Both the position numbers and the translations under genes were made by a program. Under the pieces are notes generated by a model, which saw only the letters and a list, made by a program, of their open reading frames with translations, had not been told where the DNA came from and searched no databases. From the NCBI RefSeq assembly GCF_037042905.1, contig NC_087251.1:22136001-22200000 (forward strand): a stretch of 64,000 bases of DNA, written 5' to 3'. The DNA comes from Lytechinus pictus (lineage: Eukaryota). Positions 39,801-51,397 of this stretch are shown here, piece by piece; positions within the stretch are counted from its first letter, which is position 1, and each line of letters begins with the position of its first letter.

Positions 39801-41062
39801 ATGCCTCATGACAATAGAGATTGCATTCTACAGAAGATATGAGAAAATGCTAAAATTATTTGCCAACTAGATATTATGATTACTGTACCCACTTACTCAT
39901 GTTCATCATCTATCATGATTTTATTTTTGTAGTTCCGTGTGATAGCACAGTTCAGCAATGACTCTGGTTGTTACATCACCAGTGGGCTTACGTTGCGTCA
40001 TCTTCCATCAGGTGAACAGAGGACTGTTTGGCATCTACAATACAATGATTGGCCTAATAAAGGATGCCCCAATGATGTGCATGGCTTCCTATGTAAGTCT
40101 GTCAATCTTTTTTATTGCTCATGAGATTCTGGATGTAGAAATTAGAAGTATTTTTATTCACATACTTCAATTAAGGTATCCCATGTGAATGCATTATTGG
40201 AAAAACATGAATTTATCAGATGACATTCAAGGAACTCTTGTGTACATGTAAATGCTAAATCTGATGGAAACTCCTTTTCTAATAAGTGCACTAAATTTAC
40301 ATGATCAATTTAGTTTTTTGTTACCTTTTTAAATTTGGATATTGGAACTCTCCTCAGACAGGTAAAGTGCACTGTAATTGAAATGCACAATTATTTTCAT
40401 GAATCACACATCACATTTTTGTATGATGATCCAAAAGTGGAATATCCATATATAGTCATTTTTGTTTTTTTAAGTAAATATGTATATCAAATGTTTATTT
40501 TTCTTTTGTTTCCCATTAGCATTCCTTGAGGAGTTCCAGTCTGTATGTCGGCATGCTAATAGCATGAACGAGGTTGATGTGGGTCCACCTCCTATCGTAC
40601 ACTGCAGTGCTGGAGTAGGAAGGACTGGAGTATTATTACTGGTTGATATTATGATTAGCAGTCTGGAACACAATGAGGTAAGTCTTGTATAAAGAATTTC
40701 TATTTAATATAAAAAGTAAAGTTTTGAGAAGTAAATTCATCAACCCCTTTTTTTCTTTGACGAAATGGAACAACACTGAAACATTAGGGCATGATTTGCT
40801 GCTCATTCTAAAGTAGGGGTTAAATTCACAGAGTATATTAATATACAGTGATAAATGATAACACAGTTTTAAACTCAAATTGATGAGTATTGTATCAAAG
40901 CATTAAATTTTTCCTCTGTGTTTGTTCCCTCAGGAAATCAACATTCCGAAGATGCTGGGTATCTTGCGCCAGCAGCGAATGCTGATGGTTCAGACGGTGG
41001 GACAGTATACCTTTGTTTACAAGGCTCTCATCCAGTCTCTCAAGAACACCCGGCTGATCTAA
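15705..41062 (+). CDS. PTPN14/21: FERM-domain non-receptor protein tyrosine phosphatase, PTPN14/PTPN21 (Pez) family; 15 coding exons, ~1354 aa
   Basis: Exons 15705-15878, 20421-20590, 23938-24035, 24740-24813, 27426-27584, 29729-29817, 32584-32754, 34139-34296, 34865-36963, 37876-38025, 38716-38913, 39583-39660, 39933-40092, 40520-40677, 40934-41062. All have GT/AG boundaries and consistent phases (4065 nt). N-terminus [19 protein letters not shown] motif [15 protein letters not shown], linker [13 protein letters not shown] and [21 protein letters not shown], and C-terminus LKNTRLI* match the family. Confidence 0.95.
16561..19569. mobile_element. 3-kb TTAA-flanked Kolobok-like element with an internal tandem array and a nested insertion
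   Basis: TTAA|GGACGTTCCACAGTTA ... TAACTGTGGAACGTCC|TTAA; no transposase ORF. Confidence 0.88.
16677..17643 (+). mobile_element. DINE-1/Helentron-associated (HINE/Pearl-type) non-autonomous element
   Basis: T-run, then subTIR GTCTCACCTGCA (16682) / TGCAGGTGAGAC (17610); (GGC)n microsatellite; five ~163-bp core repeats; ends CCACTTGTT. Confidence 0.8.
20421..20590 (+). CDS. PTPN14/21: PTPN14/21 coding exon 2 (FERM)
   Basis: tgcag|SIYFGLQY...[15 protein letters not shown]...EITR|gtaaag. Confidence 0.93.
21196..21666. mobile_element. Kolobok-like MITE, degenerate
   Basis: AGGGGACGTTCACCCTGAC ... GTCAGGGTGAACATCCCCT; flanks gtaa/ttat (eroded TTAA). Confidence 0.78.
23938..24035 (+). CDS. PTPN14/21: PTPN14/21 coding exon 3 (FERM central)
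   Basis: tttag|[32 protein letters not shown]|gtgtga. Confidence 0.92.
24046..24191. repeat. (TTTA/TTTG)n microsatellite
   Basis: Directly visible. Confidence 0.85.
24740..24813 (+). CDS. PTPN14/21: PTPN14/21 coding exon 4
   Basis: gacag|(A)[24 protein letters not shown]|gtgagt. Confidence 0.9.
27426..27584 (+). CDS. PTPN14/21: PTPN14/21 coding exon 5
   Basis: tccag|NMTTENV...[19 protein letters not shown]|gtaagt. Confidence 0.9.
27861..28026. mobile_element. ~165-bp hairpin MITE
   Basis: aataccttggtcacatttcccctatggc pairs with gccatagggaaaatgtgactgaggcatt. Confidence 0.78.
29729..29817 (+). CDS. PTPN14/21: PTPN14/21 coding exon 6 (FERM C-lobe)
   Basis: ttcag|[29 protein letters not shown]|gtgagt. 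Confidence 0.88.
31785..32422 (+). mobile_element. Second, degenerate copy of the DINE-1/Helentron-like element
   Basis: Shares catgaaacttggacataat, aaggtc..gtcatttagggtc and the 3' end cagcactgctgctata..tgcaggtg.gac.gccagagg.attccacttgt with 16677-17643. Confidence 0.8.
32584..32754 (+). CDS. PTPN14/21: PTPN14/21 coding exon 7 (FERM C-lobe)
   Basis: aatag|[14 protein letters not shown]...[22 protein letters not shown]|gtgagt. Confidence 0.9.
34139..34296 (+). CDS. PTPN14/21: PTPN14/21 coding exon 8 (linker)
   Basis: ttcag|[10 protein letters not shown]...GEGTSSE|gtaagt; phases 2/1 fit both neighbours. Confidence 0.8.
34373..34574. mobile_element. Small TIR element with internal (CCTAA)-like repeats
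   Basis: catt(c/t)gctcc subrepeats on the left, caggagcatgtc on the right; near-TSD tggatagc/tggataat. Confidence 0.5.
34865..36963 (+). CDS. PTPN14/21: PTPN14/21 coding exon 9 (2.1-kb disordered linker with PPxY)
   Basis: Lies within ORF 34858-37233. Motifs [53 protein letters not shown]; donor AGG|gtaagt. Confidence 0.92.
37876..38025 (+). CDS. PTPN14/21: PTPN14/21 coding exon 10 (PTP domain start)
   Basis: RKILEKQL...VFTEYEQI...[15 protein letters not shown]|gtatgg. Confidence 0.93.
38716..38913 (+). CDS. PTPN14/21: PTPN14/21 coding exon 11 (PTP)
   Basis: [41 protein letters not shown]. Confidence 0.93.
39583..39660 (+). CDS. PTPN14/21: PTPN14/21 coding exon 12 (PTP)
   Basis: [13 protein letters not shown]...AEFGP|gtaagt. 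Confidence 0.92.
39933..40092 (+). CDS. PTPN14/21: PTPN14/21 coding exon 13 (PTP, WPD-loop region)
   Basis: FRVIAQF...[24 protein letters not shown]|gtaagt. Confidence 0.93.
40520..40677 (+). CDS. PTPN14/21: PTPN14/21 coding exon 14 (PTP signature)
   Basis: FLEEFQSV...[15 protein letters not shown]...HNE|gtaagt. Confidence 0.95.
40934..41062 (+). CDS. PTPN14/21: PTPN14/21 last coding exon (Q loop, stop)
   Basis: [34 protein letters not shown]. Confidence 0.94.
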   Translation, partial: EINIPKMLGILRQQRMLMVQTVGQYTFVYKALIQSLKNTRLI

Positions 41063-44000
41063 ACACCCATCTGATCTAAACACCCATTCCAATGTCATGT
41101 GTGTCGTATAATGTTATTTGCTAATCAGATGATTTCAAGTTTCGTGTTGATTGTGGGTGTTAGTGTTTGGGAATGCTAGTGTAAGTGTTTGGCATTTTAG
41201 CACCAGCCATGACACCAAACCTGATATGGGACAGGTGGTGGTATTGATGTCAGAGGGTGTTGAGCTGCCACAGTATGTTCACTTTTCGATGTTGGAGCTA
41301 GATACTGGTACCTGTAGCTTGAATCATGGTGTCAACACCTACACCAACACTAGCACCGTACTTGAAACGTCCTTTGTGGGTCCTTTCGTTCTGTTAGGGA
41401 TTGTCATATCTCACAAGGGTATTACTCCCAGTGTATTTGCATTATCAATGTAAATGAAGAGGTTGTTTCACTAGTAGTCAAACTTGACATGGAAAGCTGT
41501 GCAGAAATCAAGTTTTTTTCCTATGTTTTAACATTGACTTTCCCCTTCTATTTGTTGAATCTGAAATAAGAGGTTAAGTCGAGTGAATTTTACAGGATTC
41601 ATGATGAAAGATGGAACTACACCTAACATCCACTTATCCAAAGGTACCTGAAAACCATTTGTAAGTGCTAGTGCACATGTGGTATTCATTACATAATTTA
41701 AACGAGTCTACCAAATACTGCCACCCCCCCTGAGATTGTCCTGTGAAACGCGGTGATGTGTTATTTATCACAATGCAGGAAGGGAATTAAGTATGACTTG
41801 AATTCAAGGTTTTCAGTGCATTGAGTGCTTTTTATTGTCAATACTAGCTCTCCATAGATATCTATTGGCATTACTCTGATGATGATAATGATAGACAAGC
41901 ATTGTATAACCTGTTATGATGGTGATAATAGTGATGAGAGATGCCCATTTTGTAACCTGTAATAATGATGAATATATTAATCATAATTATCATCATTATC
42001 ATCCATATTATCATTATACAGTACTCTGTCAAGTAACACCCAGATATCAACAAATATTTGTGTTATTGTTGGCCTATCTCTAAAAATTTCCTTTTGTCTC
42101 AGCACTGCAATGTTCCATTCATAAAGACATTCCATGCTTTATCCATTCGGTAATGAAACATTTGTTTGAAACCAGGTTTTTATTATATCTCATTTGGCTG
42201 AAGTTAGGATTTTAAAAGGGGTCTATGAATCTCTTTAAGTCTTCTTTTTCAATACTTTAGGTGTATGATGAAGGTTAATATTAGTATCGCATGCACATTT
42301 ATCTTAGGAACAATTATTACCAAAAGAAATGTTATAGAACCTTTTACAAATTATATACTTCATGTGCTGAACTCAAGTTTGCCATTGTTAACATATTTGA
42401 GATTCTTTTTAGATAGAGATTTTAATTTCACAATTGTGAATACAGTCATCAAGTTTCTCCTATATATGAATCAAAATTGATAAAATCCATGAGATTTCCA
42501 ATGAGTATGAGTAAAATGCTTCTTAGATGGCTTGCCTGCAATAATTAAATGCTATGAATAGAAATTACAGTACTTAATCACATTCGTATTCAGGTTTTGT
42601 TTTGCACATGAAGAATTCGGACTTCATGGTTTTTAATACCATATACTCTTTCATGATTTGTAACATGATTACATGCATAAAAAGGGGATGAATAAGGGAA
42701 ATTACCAACCAGTTTTCAAGATTGTATTCATTTACAATCAAGATGTGATGACATATCGTTTAATCTTGGTTTTTTTTAAAAATGCATTGTATTTTAGGCA
42801 TCAGCTTGATATGAGATATAAAATTCTAAAATATTTGATATCATGCAATAGTACTTTAAAGATTCTCAAGTACTGTAATAAAATTCCAATTCAACAATAA
42901 GATAGGAAAGACAAATCTCTGAAACTAAATGATTAACTATGAAGTAAGTGCCTAGTTGAATGTTATGAATAAATGAATACCGGTACACAATTGATACCAT
43001 ACAGTATTAGGAAAAATATTTTTCATTAACTGTTTGATTGTTTTGTCATCTTGTACTTATTCACTTTTTATTGTATTCAGATATCATGCTTATTTCTTAT
43101 GCTGTGCTTTTGTATAATGTGAATATTATCTTATATTTATTGTGTTACATTTTGTATCCCATTATAAATACTATATTTTTAAAATACAAATTTCTTACAA
43201 TAAATTGTCATGTTATTCCATTTTATCCCATCCATTACTCATTCATAGTACCATTGTATGTGAACAAAACAATATCTTGTGATAGGCAGAGACATAATTT
43301 AAGTGCTATTATTGGTTGGTATATGTCAAAGAAAAATGTCTTGTCGAATAATAGGATTCTTGAAAAAGCACATATTGGGAGCACAGCGTAAAAGCTTTAC
43401 TCCCACATATTCTGTTTGTGCTTACTAGATGGGATAAAATTAACTTGTGTGACAGTATTTCATGCAATAATGTATTCTTTATAAAGTGTATTCAAATATT
43501 TGGTCATGTTAAACCTCTGCAAGAAAACAACTCTGTTAAAAAAGATTATCATAAAGAATATTTCTGTACATTCATTAAATGCAATATAAAATGAAATGTT
43601 TTGTCTGTGTCATAAATATACACGCATTTGTCATACAGACGACTCTGCCTAATTTGAATCTCTTAGTGTGTCTAACATCAAGTAAGACACCCTAATCCCC
43701 CACACATTAAAATTTTGACTCTCACAATCACACGCACCATCATTTGCAATCATTGATGACAAGACCCGTGAGCTCTAAATTCAACCAATCAGCATACTCG
43801 ACCATCCCTCAGTCACACTTAAAACTCCAATTCAAAATACTCAAATAAAACAGTTGTATATAACCCATGGGCAGATCAAGAATTTCATGATAGATGGTGT
43901 GCCCCAAAATAATCTCTTGTTTGGCACTCCAAAAGAAAATGACAAGAAACAAAGAAAAAAGGTCTCCAATCCACAAAACCACTCTGAATTCCATACTCAT

Positions 44001-46110
44001 TCTCAAATGGGGCATTATTGATCACAGAGTACAAGTTTAATATGTACAATTTTTTTTCTGGGGGGGGGGGGAGGGGGCTATGCTACCTGTGCCACTGGAT
44101 CTGTACCTTCTAATGGCAACATCACTCTGACTGGCAGAGATCCTAAGATAAAGGTTTTCACATTAGAATCTGTTCTAGCCATTGTTACTTGCCCCAACAT
44201 CGTAAAACCACAATAATGCTTAGCGTTTACTGATTACAATCATACTAGACAAGCTACTTGAACAAGACTATCAAAAAGAATCTGGACCATTTCTCAAGAG
44301 AAAATGGATTATTTTTTTTTGGCATAGTGAGTATAGACTGCAGCAATATCTTTTGGGCACTGACTGGTATAGTACACACACCAAACAAACACATACATAC
44401 ACTCAACCGATCACCAAAAACGCATCCACTTCTCTCCAAATAGAACTACATTTCTGGTTGATGGTTTAGGAGCTCTTGTATTTATTCACTTGATATGATA
44501 CCTGCCTTTCACTGTCCATCTTTCATAGACATGTAGGTTGCTCTGTGTAAATCTTGACAGCTGTCGATGGTCAAGTAAATCGACACAAGACACACAAATA
44601 GGGAAATATATTCTGCACAAAATATAATAGCTGACACATATTTACCACACTTCACACAAAACATTATAGGCCTGATAAAATAGAACCATGGTTTTGGAAT
44701 TATAAAAGAAATCTCTGAATGTGCATAATTAAAAGTGACAAAAATTAGAATTTACTGTTGCTATTTACTGAATTAATTAAGAGAACATCATTTGATGAAT
44801 ATTTCTCAATATAATCAATTGAATCAATTATAAAATTACTAACATTGATCGAATCTAATTTTATTATCGCTACCGTTCTGAAAGACACAAACCTAAAGGC
44901 ATTTTATGTACAAATAAATATGTATACATCTATTTACAACTTATAAATATAAAAAATTGCAGCATTTACAAAATATGTACATTTATACAATTCCAAATAT
45001 AGGACGGTATTTGTAATAATCTATACAAATCTATATTTCATATACTTATGGAATGGAATGTCTATCCATTTGAATACATGTAATTTACATGAATGTAATA
45101 TCAATAGAATATAAAGCATTCAATAACATTTTGAATGAAATTCCTCAAATGAATGTTTGACAATACAATTTTGGTGGACATAACCAACTGGCATTATGAT
45201 TGATATAATTTCCTTTTAGACATTTATCTTGCTATCAAACAAAACCCAATTACCTGAGTGGTCAATAGATGATGACTGTCATCTTGAATATTTCTAAATG
45301 CAATGTTCAGGAAATCTTGGTGATAGGCCAGTCTGGAATATTAGGTGTACATACAAGAAAGTTGTGTCTGAAAGACTCTGACAAGGCAACTTAATCATAT
45401 ATTATTGACTGAACCCTTTTACACACAGTGCAGTCACTTGAGAGTACTGGGGTAAGGCCAATATGCTTAAAAAAGTACTGATAACCTATTTCATATTTGC
45501 ATAGAACTTCTGAAACAACTGCTGGACAGTCTTTCAATGACAATCTTGTCTTGCAACAACCCTTGACACACTTCTACGATTTATTCATTAATTCTTAAAA
45601 TTTAATGATTTCTTTTACATGCTGTTGGACAGAAAGTTCAGAGAATGTTTAACATTCATCACCTCCTACCCTCGAATTGTATTTTCTCCAGAGGTCTCAG
45701 AATTCCTTCTCTCTGCTGCATCTCTCGAGACGATTTCCTTCCACAGTTTTCTTTCTTCATACAGAATGTCCAGATACACCTCTATCAGGTTCTGAAAGTT
45801 CAGCTCATATTCACATAGACTCTCTTATCTTTGCTATCCAAATCAATCCCATTCAGATGGCTGCAGGACACATCTGTCCTCTTCTGTCAAGGTATGTCTC
45901 CATCTAGATCTGAGTCAATCCTTGAGTGTTCTTCTACATCATTCCCATTCAGACAGCTACAGGATAAACCTTCAGAATGTTCAGATATCCTTGGGTTTTC
46001 TCCATCAGATTGTGGCAGTTTCTGATATCTTTTGTAGTTTCTTCAAAATGTAAAGGCACATCTTTATCAGGTTCTGCATGAATCAATGTGATCTTCTTGA
46101 TCAAACCTCT

Positions 46111-46296
46111 TCAGACGGCTGCAGGACATACCTTCTTAAGAATGTTTAGATACGCTTGGTTCTTCTCGACCAGGTTGTGACAGTTTCTTTCTGCTGTTTT
46201 CTGTCTTTCCTCTGTTAGCTGCAATGTCCTCTGCAGTTTTGAGTTCTCCACATACAGCTCCTTGAGAAGGACATCATGACGAGTTGTTTTAGCCAG
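46111..46296 (-). CDS. NIN/NINL: ninein last coding exon
   Basis: LAKTTRHDVLLKELYVENSKLQRTLQLTEERQKTAE...CPAAV*; conserved ninein/NINL C-terminal motif. Confidence 0.9.
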   Translation of the reverse strand: MAKTTRHDVLLKELYVENSKLQRTLQLTEERQKTAERNCHNLVEKNQAYLNILKKVCPAAV

Positions 46297-49200
46297 CTAA
46301 AGATGAAGAAATGGATGAAGAGAATACACATATTTGATAACATGATGTCAAGAAGCACATACATATTTAATTCATACACTGTAGATGGTTACATTTGAGG
46401 TACAGACATTTTCATGATATATTTTACTCAATTAAAATATTAATAGTGCTTCTTGAGATTCTGGCATTGTTTGGAATCGGAAATTCTGGTGATGCTGGAC
46501 AAGTAACATTACGCAAGAAAACAAAACAATGCTGTAAATTTCAGCAATTGAAAAAAAAAATCCACAATCAAAACACATTAAATCTCTTGAAAAAGTTCCA
46601 AGCAAAAATATGATGAGTAAAAAATGTATCATTAAAAAAAAATGAAATAAGGAAACACAAATTTGTCTAGATCTGATTAATCAAATTGGCTTGGAGCCTC
46701 CATGTAATAGAGATAATTTTATGTTTTTTTTTCCTTTCTCAATAAACATATAAGACATGTACATAATATATATCAAGTACAGTGTTCTAGTTGCCATTAT
46801 TCTTTCACTTTCCTTAACATAAACTCTTTTAAGATACCAAAGTTTTATCAGCCTCGCAGTCCAATATTAGAAATCCAGAAGCAATATAGCTCACCTGATC
46901 TTTGAGTTTCTTCATGTATTCCTCCAACATAGCCCTCATCTTCCTGTACTTCTTCTCTGCTTCCTCCTTCCCTCTCCTCATCTTCCTAACCTCCGACCCC
47001 TCTGTCTCCTTCCCGATAGACAGCGCCCTCTTGAGTTCTTCGGCTTTCTCCCTGATCTGCCTGTCAAGCTCCTTGATCCTGCCATCTCTCTGGGCCAGTT
47101 CTTCCCTGAGATGGCCCAGCTCTCCTTGGAACTCCAGAGTCTGCTTCTGCCGTACCCGTTCCAGCTCCCTGGAATGCTGTGAACTTGCTACTGAGACCTG
47201 CATCTGCATGTTGATGTACTTTGGTGTGAAGATGGAAAAAAAGAATAATCCTTTTTAATATGTCTCATCAATCTTCATATTTATAGAAGCTAAAATACCT
47301 TCACTGAGGTTCTTGTGATTTTCTATCTCTAGTTCTCAAGTTGTATGCCAATGACAGTTGCAATCAAATTGATCTTCATGGTCAACACTTCTACTGAGAA
47401 TTTGAGATGAAATTTATCATAAATACATACTATACAACCTTTAATTAACCCATGATCAAATTATTTTTTTATCCACCATCATAGATATAATTATGATCAG
47501 GACACCTGTAAAGGTAGATTTTTGCAGCCATACATATCTTTTGTCCCACCACAAAATGAAAATATTTATGTTCAAAGAATATATCTTCTTTGCCATTTCT
47601 TGGATAAAAACAAACTACTGTATCCAAAATAAAATCTGATTTGGAGGAATGAATTATCATAATGGTAATAAAAACACATAAATTATCAAGACAGACAGAT
47701 AATGGCCTTTGAACTTGCGATATAGGCCTACTTCTTTATCATGAGAATTGGATCTAATACTTGGTTGCAACATATGCAATGTGTCAAGTATACATTAGGA
47801 GATAAACTAGAGGAGAAAATTCTTTTTTTGAATTGATATCTACCTTTTTGTTGAGATCCTCTAGCTCCATCTTGAGTCGAGATTTCTCTGTCTCTAGAGC
47901 AATCAGCTTTGTCTGTAAAGATAACAAAACATTGGTTAAAATTTTAAATCCTATGTACAACAAATGAAAAGCATGAAAGTGATTAGGGGCCTTGTTGTAC
48001 TGAATCTAGTCCACATCACCATGTCCCAAATGACATCAAATGGAATGGAGAGCAATCCAATTAAATTACTTTAATCACTGTTTTGAGTAATCACAATATG
48101 AGCATGTTTGGTGTAAACGGTTCCTTTGGAAGTTATTTCTACTGTTTTTTATGCACCTATTGTTTGAAAAGATTTGTATTCTTATATACTTCAAGTTAAA
48201 ATAATGCAACTATTTCTTTATTAGTTCTGTATATATCTACATGACTTTATCTATTTGACTTTGAAGAAATAACATGAGTCACATATTTATTCTAAAACAT
48301 TGCTTTGACTGCTTATTATTTTGGAGGTAGAAGAAGGCAAGGTTATCTTTTAGATGTGTACCAAAAAAGAGATTTAGTTTCAAATTTAAGAAATTATTGA
48401 TTTTTCTATGAAATGGTGGTCAGCATGGATTTTGTTAAATAATCAAATCTATAACAGAGAGAACACTATATACACTGGAAATGTACACAAACCTTTTAGA
48501 CAAAGACAGTTTTTGACAACCTGAAAGCTACATGATTTAGCATCAAATAATGTATGCAGTTGATTCAAAGCTTTAAAGAATCGTTTTTAACATAAAATAG
48601 CTCCAACTAAGTCTTTCTACACACTAAACAAGAGAGAGCTCGCAAAGAATAATAGCTCAGAAAATTTTCTGGAAAAAAGCCAACCTCCAAGGTGTGAAGA
48701 TCTTTACTCGTCGAGTCTGCTTTTTCTGTCATCATCTTCAATTTCTCTTCGGACGCAGAGAGTGCGACCTTGAGAAGGTCACGCTCAGTAGAAAGTGCAT
48801 CATAAGAAGCCTAAAGACACAGCAGGATAGGAATAGAGAGTGCAAGAAAGAGATGAAAGGCACAGCAATAACACTGAAAAAATGGCTTGTATAGACATAG
48901 CACAACAATATCTCCCCCTCTCGTATTACAGGATGTTCATGAATACAATAGCAAAGGAATATGGGAAGACCAAACAAATGTTGCTGTGACAGGACTATTT
49001 GTTATCAGCTTGCTACATAAGGATGCGAACAATTTGGGTTTCAAATTCAGAGCACGATATGTTGCCATGAGTTGGTCAATACATCTTAGGGCAAAAAAAA
49101 AAATCCTCTTCAATTTCAGAGTGTAATTCATAATTTTGAAGCCCTATCTAAACATTGAAATTGTCACAAAGGTTCATTGTGTGGCACTGTCACACCGAGT

Positions 49201-51365
49201 CTGTACAAGCCTGAATGCAAAATTATCATTGCAGATAAAAAAAAAAATACCAAAGAAACAAAACAGGTACTATTAACGGCACAATAAACTGTGTTATTAT
49301 GACAACACACAAAGCAAACAGATTATCTTAACAATATTATTATTACAGAAAAGAGGAGATAAATCAGAGTACATCAAGCAATATTTGAGCAAAGGAATCT
49401 TTATTTATATTCATTTGAAATTACTCATTGTCTTTTTAGCACACTGAGATATCTCATGATTTAATAATAATCAATTTACAATGGCAAATCAATTACCAAT
49501 CACCAACCTTTCTGCCATCACTTTAAATTTAATTGTGTTTACAGATACTTTCACTTAGGTGTGGTACATTTTAAAAACTTCAGTTGAAGTGTATGAAGGT
49601 TGGAAAAAGAATTTAAGAAATAATGATGTATAACATGAATGAAAAAAAAGTGAAAGCATATATTTTTATTTTCATAGAAACCATGTTACTAAACTATCGT
49701 TTCTCTAAAAAACACACAGCCACACAAATTGAATCTGAATCATTGAAGTAAAATTTACGCAACACGAAATTAGAATAATGCTATACATTTTTCATAGAGA
49801 AAAGAATATACAATAATTGCTCACTATATTGACAAAATAAAATGAAAGATTCACATTAACATGCAGAGAAGTGTCACATTGAATTTCAATTTAAAATTTG
49901 GAAGCAAAAATGTTAACTAAAACATCTTTAAGAAATAATAAAAGCACTGCAAATTCAATATGATGAAGCTGACAAGTACTTCCAAAAAGGATGCTAAAAA
50001 TCTATGTTATTGCCCATACCTTCAACTTGTTGTAGCAATTACTAAGTTTCACCTAAGATCTAAGATTTTAAAACTGAAAAAAAAATTTTGCAAGGACACT
50101 AGAACAGGATGTGCTGTAACATAAGGTGATGTTTGGACAAGATTAAGACCAGGATGTGCTTCAATAGCTTTGGCTGTAATATTCATTTTGTCAAGTTTGG
50201 CAGGGAGGTCATCATTATCCCTTCCAGATACTATTATAGATTTAATCCTCATTGCATCATGTATGGCGATACAATGAGAGCAAGAGGATTTAAACTAAAT
50301 GAAACAGCTTAACTTCCTTTTTTCTAGAGTATAATGCTATGGAACAGGACATCCTATACTTGCTATATATTTAGGGTAGTTTCTTTTAATGGAATGCTTT
50401 AAATTGAAAATTTGGGTCTTGTAAAATATAAACTTATGATTATGGAAACTTTCATGCTAACCTTGTTTTCAAGATTTCTCATAATTACCATGATAACAAA
50501 TTTAACAACTTTTTATTTTAGCAACAGGTCTCAGACCGTATATTTTTTGATATCATGAATTAGGATCACATGTGACCTGAGTCACCTGACAAATCAACAC
50601 ACATAAATGTTTTTTAAAGGTGAATAATCCATTACTACAGGTCTCAACAACAAAGAAAAGTGTAAGCACACACACACATAAACTATCTACAAGGACACTA
50701 ATGACACTAGGCACAGCAACAGTTTTCTCTTTTTGTTACACCTGGTGTGTAACATATTCTATTGGAATGATTTATGTCCAATCAGTATATCAAGACTTAC
50801 CCTATCAGGCCTGGCTTGCTGTAATGCTGCTTCCTGTGTTTGCATATGAATAGCTACTACAGCTTCCTCTTTAGCCACCTCAGCCTATCGTGATAAATTC
50901 ATCAAAATAACAGATCACATTTTTAATCATGGAGACTTCAACAGTGAACAAAATTGGGGATCAAACTAGGCATTCTCATGTGGAATACATGTTTACTTTG
51001 GCAGCATTTCTTTTTTTAATTAAAACTTATTTATAAAGGAAATTTATAACTATGACAGGGTCATCCCCCATAAAATTGACCCTGGATTAAGGAGGGCATG
51101 TGTAATATACATTTTCAGATGTTATGGAAAATATAAAACATGAGCAAACGTAGAAATAAAAATAGGAAGAAAAGAAAAGGGAAACATTAATAAAGCTAAA
51201 TTTGGCTAAAAAACCATAGGGCTGATCTGAAGGTGGCGTTTAGTTTTTATAAGCTTCATGGTAAATACATGGTACAATGTTAGTATGGTTTACAACAACC
51301 ATAAGCAGAATAAATGAGTGATTATTAAAAACAATTATATATAAAACATTTCCTCTCAGAACGAA

Positions 51366-51397
<32 letters not shown>

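Noticed and set aside
50049..50252. Minus-strand 67-aa ORF in a ninein intron
   Set aside because: No good acceptor/donor pair and no coiled-coil character; not needed for frame.
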